In this document: positions 8,310 through 14,051 of the stretch, piece after piece
How positions within the stretch are numbered: the first letter of the stretch is position 1
Layout of the letters: the number at the start of each line of letters is the position of its first letter
NCBI RefSeq assembly: GCF_043950625.1
Contig: NZ_CP171007.1
Direction: 5' to 3' (one strand)
Source: Alkanindiges sp. WGS2144
Lineage (GTDB): Bacteria > Pseudomonadota > Gammaproteobacteria > Pseudomonadales > Moraxellaceae
Length of the DNA stretch: 32,000 nt
Made by a program: the position numbers and the translations under genes
Notes under the pieces: model-generated
What the model was told of the DNA's origin: nothing
Databases searched by the model: none
Seen by the model: the letters and a program-made list of their open reading frames with translations, nothing else

Positions 8310-9125
8310 TTAAAATTTCTCATACGGCAGCAAATAGCGCCATTCACCTATCGCGAGTTTTGCCATGGCCAAACGTCCAATCCGAATACGCTTCATGGCC
8401 AGTACCCTTAAACCTACTCCCTGGCACATGGTTTCAATTTGATTAAGTTGCACGTTTTTTAGGGCAATGCGCAAGTGCTGTTCGCTTTGCCAGCTGACTT
8501 TGGCAGGCGGTAATAACTTGCCCTGAACATAAAAACCCTGATTTAAACGCTGTAAATCTTCTGCCGACAAACTGCCTTTTACCTGAACAATAAATTCCTG
8601 CTCGACCCGGCTGGCATCATCAATGAGTTTACGGGCAATCCGGCGATCCTGCGTATACACCACCAAGCCACTGGCCGCACTTTCCAGCGCTGCGGTGGCG
8701 ATTAATTTTTGAAAATGCGAGCGTAACGGACGAATCGTGGCACGGTCATCCTTGGCACGGGTCTCGACCGTTAATAATTGCAAGGCGTCATGTTTGAATA
8801 AATCTTCCTGCTCCGGCGTGAGTGGCCGTGCATTTTTATTGCGCGCCGATAAACCCTGTGCCAGCAACTCCTGCGTTAAGCCAAAATCATAACCGGCAGG
8901 TTTATTGAGCAAAATAGTCACTGGAAGAATGGGTTTTAAATTGGCAGTTGAAGCAATCACTACCTGCTGATTTTCGATCATATAATTGGACTGCTCAACC
9001 ACCACGCCATCCACACTGACCCAGCCACCAGCAATATAATGCTCGGCATCACGGCGTGAGCAAGCGCGTAACTGGCTAACCACTTTGGCTAGGCGTTGTG
9101 GGTTGGTAACGGTGGTCATGGGCAA
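8310..9125 (-). CDS. S4-domain RsuA/RluF-family pseudouridine-synthase-like protein with a non-canonical catalytic motif
   Basis: 271-aa ORF. S4 block 'RLAKVVSQLRACSRRDAEHYIAGGWVSVDGV', 'ILLNKPAGY', and C-terminal 'GEWRYL' align by eye with E. coli RluF. The position of GRLDxDSxGL reads 'TAALESAASGL'. Confidence 0.7.
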   Translation of the reverse strand: MPMTTVTNPQRLAKVVSQLRACSRRDAEHYIAGGWVSVDGVVVEQSNYMIENQQVVIASTANLKPILPVTILLNKPAGYDFGLTQELLAQGLSARNKNARPLTPEQEDLFKHDALQLLTVETRAKDDRATIRPLRSHFQKLIATAALESAASGLVVYTQDRRIARKLIDDASRVEQEFIVQVKGSLSAEDLQRLNQGFYVQGKLLPPAKVSWQSEQHLRIALKNVQLNQIETMCQGVGLRVLAMKRIRIGRLAMAKLAIGEWRYLLPYEKF

Positions 9126-9183
9126 AACTTCATTACATCAAATCCTGCATTATACGCGCAAAACCGGCTATCTATTGATAAAG

Positions 9184-9849
9184 CTAAAATGGCACGGTGG
9201 ATTGAAGGCTTAAACTCTTGTCCTGCAATGGATGCTCAAAGGCTAAATAGCTGGCATGCAGCGCCAAACGGTTTAACGGGCTGCTTAAAGGCTGTGGATG
9301 ATACAGTTTATCGCCCGTAATAGGGTGCCCAATATGTGCCAGATGCACGCGTAACTGGTGCGAGCGTCCGGTGATGGGTTCTAACAAAATCCGGCTAATA
9401 TCCTGCCCTGCATCATATTTAACGTGCTGGTATAAGGTTTGCGCAGGCTTACCGATTTCAAAATCTACTTTTTGTTTGGGGCGGTTTGGCCAGTCGGCAA
9501 TTAAAGGCACATCAATACGTCCTTCGCCCATTAATTGCCCCTGCACCAGCGCAATATACTGTTTTTTTACCACTCTGGCCTGAAACATTTTACTCACCGC
9601 GACTTCGGCTTCCCGATGCTTGGCAAACAATAAAATGCCAGAGGTTGCCATATCCAGCCGATGGGTAACTTTGGCCTGCGGGAATTGTTGCAACACACGC
9701 GCATAGGCACTGTCCTGATGTTCCGGCAAGCGACCGGGTACTGACAATAAGCCTGCGGGTTTATCAATAATGATCAGGTCATCATCCTCATAAAGGATGA
9801 CTAAAGGCTGTAGAGGTGGCGCGTAGATGAAATGGTCGTTTAGGGGCAC
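9184..9849 (-). CDS. rluA: RluA-family 23S rRNA/tRNA pseudouridine synthase
   Basis: 221-aa ORF, close to the size of E. coli RluA. It has 'IIIDKPAGLLSVPG' and the catalytic 'HRLDMATSGILLFAK'. Confidence 0.85.
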   Translation of the reverse strand: MPLNDHFIYAPPLQPLVILYEDDDLIIIDKPAGLLSVPGRLPEHQDSAYARVLQQFPQAKVTHRLDMATSGILLFAKHREAEVAVSKMFQARVVKKQYIALVQGQLMGEGRIDVPLIADWPNRPKQKVDFEIGKPAQTLYQHVKYDAGQDISRILLEPITGRSHQLRVHLAHIGHPITGDKLYHPQPLSSPLNRLALHASYLAFEHPLQDKSLSLQSTVPF

Positions 9850-9891
9850 GGTTTAATTATTCCTGATTGTTTTCACAAGTAGTTTGTAATA

Positions 9892-10122
9892 TCAAGGTAG
9901 CGAACCAATTTTGCTCACCCATGCTGGCCGGGCACGATACGCTGACCAGACCGCGTCTCCGCCCAGCAGCATTAACAGCAAGCCCAGCGGGATACGAACC
10001 ATGGCAGGCGTTTGGACAAACCACACCGCAAAAATGCCAGCCCCTAATAAAATCAGGCCGATAACCGCCGTCAATAAGCGAAAAACAGCTTGCTCATGAA
10101 GCGCTGGTTTTTGCCTGGTCAT
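9892..10122 (-). CDS. Small two-helix membrane protein, unknown function
   Basis: 76-aa ORF with two hydrophobic stretches (LLTAVIGLILLGAGIFAVWFV and IPLGLLLMLLGG). It is tightly spaced (42 bp) upstream of rluA on the same strand. Confidence 0.45.
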   Translation of the reverse strand: MTRQKPALHEQAVFRLLTAVIGLILLGAGIFAVWFVQTPAMVRIPLGLLLMLLGGDAVWSAYRARPAWVSKIGSLP

Positions 10123-10378
10123 TTCTTTCCCTAATATTTCAATTGGACTAGGACATCTTGCCCATCACTCGGTTTCATAAGAAGTTAACAGGCGAGATAA
10201 ACCGCGTCTATTATGATACAGGCTTTGCGTAAAAGAATAAGCTACTGATGTTATGCTTATCGACCATGGCACCGCTGGAAGGCAGGTTCAGGCTACTGGA
10301 TATTTTTATGCTGAAGGATCTAAAAATTCAGCTCATCAAAATCTTTAATATCTGACAAATAAATAGGTGCCTGATTGA

Positions 10379-10385
10379 TCTTAAT
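10379..10385. repeat. Left copy of the 7-bp target-site duplication (TCTTAAT) of the IS481-family element
   Basis: TCTTAAT immediately precedes the left terminal TGTA and is repeated at 11582-11588, immediately after the right terminal TACA. Confidence 0.75.
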
Positions 10386-11581
10386 TGTATTAGTTCCGAT
10401 CTGATCGGACAAAGATCTTGAAAAAGAGAAAGTTACCCGTTTAGATAAAGGTGTCGAATCTTAATCAAACAAAGGTAACTTTCTCATGTTGCATACTACC
10501 AATCAAATCATCAAACACAAAGTAGGACTTCTGAACTTGGCAGAAGAACTACAGAATGTTTCTAAAGCCTGTAAAGTGATGGGCGTCTCTCGTGATACCT
10601 TCTACCGCTATCAGGAATCAGTTAAATCAGGCGATGTAGATGCCCTGATCAATAAGTCCCGTCGTGTACCTAACTTAAAAAACCGTGTGGATGAAGCCAC
10701 TGAACAAGCAGTGATTGACTATGCGATTCAATTTCCCGCATATGGACAGCATCGCACCAGCAATGAATTACGTAAGAGAGGTATCTTCGTATCAGGCAGC
10801 GGTGTTCGTTCCATCTGGTTGCGACACAACCTTGAGAACTTTAAAAAGCGACTTAAGGCGTTAGAGGCTAAAGTTACTCGAGACGGTATTGAACTCAATG
10901 ACCATCAGATTGCAGCACTAGAGCGTAAGCATGCAGATGATGTGGCATGCGGTGAGATTGAAACCCATCACCCAGGCTATCTGGGTGCGCAGGACACCTT
11001 TTATGTGGGCAATTTAAAGGGTGTGGGACGCATTTATCAGCAGACCTTTATCGATACTTATAGCAAGGTCGTGCATTGCAAGCTGTATACCACTAAGACA
11101 CCGATCACTGCCGCTGATTTGCTAAATGATCGGGTATTGCCGTTTTACGAATCTCATGATTTGCCAATGCTCAGAATCCTAACTGACCGCGGAACTGAAT
11201 ATTGCGGTAAGGTTGAGCAGCATGATTATGAGTTGTACCTGGCACTTAATGACATTGATCACACCAAAACCAAGGCAGCCTCACCACAGACTAATGGCAT
11301 CTGCGAACGCTTCCATAAAACCATTTTGCAAGAGTTCTACCAGATCACGTTCCGTAAAAAGCTCTACAGTACGCTTGAAACACTACAAAATGATCTGGAC
11401 GAATGGCTCAGGTTTTATAATACTGAGCGAACCCATCAGGGCAAAATGTGCTGTGGGCGTACGCCTATGGAAACATTGCTTGATGGAAAACAGATTTGGG
11501 CTCAAAAAAATCTAGCTCAAATTTAACCTGACACTCATCATCAAAAACGGGTAACTGTTAGATCAGGTTTGAGCTAGTACA
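10386..11581 (+). mobile_element. IS481-family insertion sequence (~1.2 kb), apparently intact
   Basis: Imperfect terminal inverted repeats: TGTATTAGTTCCGATCTGATCGGACA on the left versus the reverse complement of the right end, TGTACTAGCTCAAACCTGATCTAACA (19 of 26 identical by my count). There is a single 346-aa DDE transposase ORF and a flanking 7-bp direct repeat. Confidence 0.85.
10486..11526 (+). CDS. IS481-family DDE transposase
   Basis: 346-aa ORF. N-terminal HTH ('ACKVMGVSRDTFYRYQE') and an rve-type integrase core ('DTFYVG..','LTDRGTEYCG','TNGICERFHKT','YNTERTHQG'). Confidence 0.9.
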   Translation: MLHTTNQIIKHKVGLLNLAEELQNVSKACKVMGVSRDTFYRYQESVKSGDVDALINKSRRVPNLKNRVDEATEQAVIDYAIQFPAYGQHRTSNELRKRGIFVSGSGVRSIWLRHNLENFKKRLKALEAKVTRDGIELNDHQIAALERKHADDVACGEIETHHPGYLGAQDTFYVGNLKGVGRIYQQTFIDTYSKVVHCKLYTTKTPITAADLLNDRVLPFYESHDLPMLRILTDRGTEYCGKVEQHDYELYLALNDIDHTKTKAASPQTNGICERFHKTILQEFYQITFRKKLYSTLETLQNDLDEWLRFYNTERTHQGKMCCGRTPMETLLDGKQIWAQKNLAQI

Positions 11582-11588
11582 TCTTAAT
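11582..11588. repeat. Right copy of the 7-bp target-site duplication (TCTTAAT)
   Basis: See the left copy at 10379-10385. Confidence 0.75.
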
Positions 11589-12650
11589 CCATGTTCCTTT
11601 AAATATTGGATTACATCTTCCTCCTGATTCATGTTTAGATTAAATTTAATCAGCTACGAAAAATAATCTCTTTAATCATCAGCTACGCTAGCTGAAGCTT
11701 TTGGTATTGCATTTACTACTATAACCTCGATATTTTTTAATTGAGTATTTTTTACTAGCCCATTGAAACTCTTCCAACGTTTATCAGTTATTCCTTCATT
11801 GTATAAAACTAGGTATATTCCTTTTTGAGTTTTCTCAGCTTTTTGATAAATAGGAAGTTGTTTTTCATAACCATGTGCTAGCTGATTATTAGAAGTTAAT
11901 TTTATTTCAACAATTACTTTGGCCGATGCTCCTAAGCTAATTTTAAAATCTACAGGCCCTCTACCTGCATCTGCTTCGGGCGACAAGTCCAAGTTATTTG
12001 CATGGCAGTAAGCACAAGCTATACCAAAAAATAATAACTGGGCTGCGGACTCATGTTTTCTTTTATTTTTATCATCATAGAGTAATTTACTTAATCCATT
12101 GTTTTCAATTAAACCTTTAAAATGCATGCAAATTTGTTTTACCACATTATATACATCATCCAATGTAGGATTTTTATTCAGCTTTAATTCTAAAGGTGAT
12201 TCAGCTAGTACATTTTGTGCTGTTCTATACCAAATCACCTCACCAGTTTTATCTTCCTCAAAATTATAAAATTTAGGTTTAGATTTGGAATAAGCCGCCA
12301 AGAGCTCTTGTAGAAAATCAGGAAATTGAGTAAAAATATTTCTGATATGTGTTTTCTTTTCTTGGGTTGTAATTGATCTGAATGCGCCTCCTAATAATTC
12401 ATTAAAAAAATCTCTTAACTCTTTATTATGGCTAGTTATCCAATGTAAATCTGCAAATTCATTTGCTACAGGCAAATCTCTTAAAAACTCTTTAGGTACT
12501 AAAATAACAGGTTCTTCAGTATAAGGGTTTTCAGGTAAATGAACAGGTTTGTAATGTTTAGAGAACCTTAGCTCCTTTAAATCTACCCCCATTTCTTTAG
12601 ATACACGTTGGGTATAACTAATCAATTCATTAGACCTCTTGCGAAAGTCG

Positions 12651-13031
12651 TTATTGCAAGTTCATCCGGTTTACCAGTGCAGCGATTAAGTTAATGCGTA
12701 AACCGAATCTTTTCCGTCGATTTCGATAGCGTTCACTTAGTATTCTAAATCTTTTCAATTGACTGTTAATATGTTCGATTACAACTCGTATTTTTCCAAT
12801 CATTTTATTGTACTTTTTCTCAACATCAAATAAGGGTAAATTCTTCTTTTTCTTTATTGGCATCAATAATTTAAAGCCATCTTGCTCTAACCCATAGTAC
12901 CCTAAATCGGTCATAACATATTCAAAATGTTTGAATTTTTTTACTGTTTTTCTTGCCAATTTAATATCATGCTGACTGCCAGAAGATATATCTACTCCTA
13001 TGATTTGTTTACTCTTCGGATGATAGATCAC
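12651..13031 (-). CDS. IS5-family transposase OrfB (DDE C-terminal part). The frame is open from the A9 tract at 13084-13092.
   Basis: 126-aa track ORF. The same frame read upstream gives NARKKNQSKFYSGKKKKHTLKAQVIYHPK..., the typical 'YSGKKKxHTLK' continuation of IS5-family transposases. It lies in the +1 frame relative to OrfA. Confidence 0.75.
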   Translation of the reverse strand: MIYHPKSKQIIGVDISSGSQHDIKLARKTVKKFKHFEYVMTDLGYYGLEQDGFKLLMPIKKKKNLPLFDVEKKYNKMIGKIRVVIEHINSQLKRFRILSERYRNRRKRFGLRINLIAALVNRMNLQ

Positions 13032-13074
13032 TTGGGCTTTTAGCGTATGTTTCTTCTTTTTACCACTGTAGAAC

Positions 13075-13473
13075 TTACTCTGATTTTTTTTTCGGGCGTT
13101 CTATTGAACATTCTGTAGCATCAATAATGACCCAGTTAAATTGTTCGTTTGCTGTGGTAATGCTTCGTTTTGGCAAGGTAAAACGTCTTGATTTCATTAA
13201 TGCATCTTCAACCTTTTTAATAGTTCGATTCACATTACTTTCAGCGATATGGTAATTTGCAGCCAATTCCAATTGAGTGCTGTAATTCCGTAAGTAATTG
13301 AGTGTTAATAATAATTGATCCTCTATAACTAAAGTATGAGGACGCCCAGATTTCTTTTTAAGTGATTCTGCTTCTTTTAAAACTTCGACCATTTCACTAA
13401 AAACTGGTCGAGGTACACCAACCAAGCGCTTGAATTCAGAATCTGAAAAACGGTTTAATTTCTGATATTTCAT
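13075..13473 (-). CDS. IS5-family transposase OrfA (HTH part)
   Basis: 132-aa ORF ending '...IIDATECSIERPKKKSE*'. The DDE 'D' region ('DATE') sits immediately before an A9 tract. Confidence 0.8.
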   Translation of the reverse strand: MKYQKLNRFSDSEFKRLVGVPRPVFSEMVEVLKEAESLKKKSGRPHTLVIEDQLLLTLNYLRNYSTQLELAANYHIAESNVNRTIKKVEDALMKSRRFTLPKRSITTANEQFNWVIIDATECSIERPKKKSE

Positions 13474-13999
13474 GAAATCTATATTGAGGCAGTTTTTACT
13501 TTCGCAAGAGGTCTATTAATTAAGATATTAGATGTCATATCGCTTATTAAATCAGGACCGACACCCTCCTCAAAAGCCCCAACTAATTCAAATATTGTAG
13601 GATCTTCATTACCAGCTTCTATGATTGCTTTGATATTGGTTAAAATTTGCTGTTTCTTTTTCTCACCAATACCACTTCCTTTAGTACTGTTTGAGGAATA
13701 TCCTATACTAAATCCTTTGATTTCATTTGTTTTAAATTTTTCAACTGCACTTTTCCAAAAGATATCCTTCTTTGATGTTCCTTTAGCTTGCTTTAACAAC
13801 CTAATTATTCCCTCAAAAAAAACTTGGATTTTAGAATAAGAGTTTTTAAATTCTGGAATTTCAGTATTTCTAATTAAACTAGGATCAATAAACAATCTTG
13901 TATCAACACCTAAAATTGGGTCAAATGCTTGTGTAGCTTCGAATTTTACCTTATCAATCTTATATTCATCTGTGAAACTTATAATCATTTCTTGCCCCA

Positions 14000-14031
14000 A
14001 AATAAAAACCCCATCTCACGATAGGGTTTTT
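14000..14031 (-). terminator. Rho-independent terminator of acnD
   Basis: Minus strand AAAAACCCTATC-GTGA-GATGGGGTTTTTATTTT: a GC-containing stem, GTGA tetraloop and U-tract, 21 bp after the acnD stop. Confidence 0.8.
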
Positions 14032-14051
14032 CTCAAGTAAAATCAATAACC

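Larger units (their letters stand above)
12633..13513 (-). mobile_element. IS5-family insertion sequence (small two-ORF type, IS427-like), 881 bp
   Basis: Perfect 16-bp terminal inverted repeats GACCTCTTGCGAAAGT (12633-12648) and ACTTTCGCAAGAGGTC (13498-13513), flanked by TA on both sides (12631-12632 and 13514-13515). Two overlapping-frame transposase ORFs. Confidence 0.85.
11672..13988 (-). pseudogene. IS-interrupted AT-rich gene. The restored product is ~477 aa with a C-terminal RecB/Cas4-like PD-(D/E)xK nuclease domain and an unrecognised N-terminal region.
   Basis: The N-terminal fragment (ATG 13988 down to 13514) and the C-terminal fragment (12632 down to 11672) join in frame after removing 883 bp (IS plus one TA): ...DMTSNILIN-N-ELISYTQRVSKEMG.... 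C-terminal motifs appear in order: 'KHESAAQLLFF', 'GRGPVDFKI', 'VIVEIKLT', 'QLPIYQKAE'. Confidence 0.8.

Noticed and set aside
11213-11515. 100-aa ORF in an alternative frame inside the IS481 transposase gene
   Set aside because: It fully overlaps the intact transposase ORF and has no independent signals. IS481-family elements encode a single transposase.
10285-11632. Small minus-strand ORF starting at 11632 (MNQEEDVIQYLKEHGL...) that crosses the IS481 insertion site and would be 33 aa once the IS is removed
   Set aside because: It is too short, the part beyond the junction (RSIRHLFICQILKILMS) looks like random AT-rich translation, there is no SD, and no family is recognised. It could be a remnant of a small winged-helix gene, but that is not supportable.
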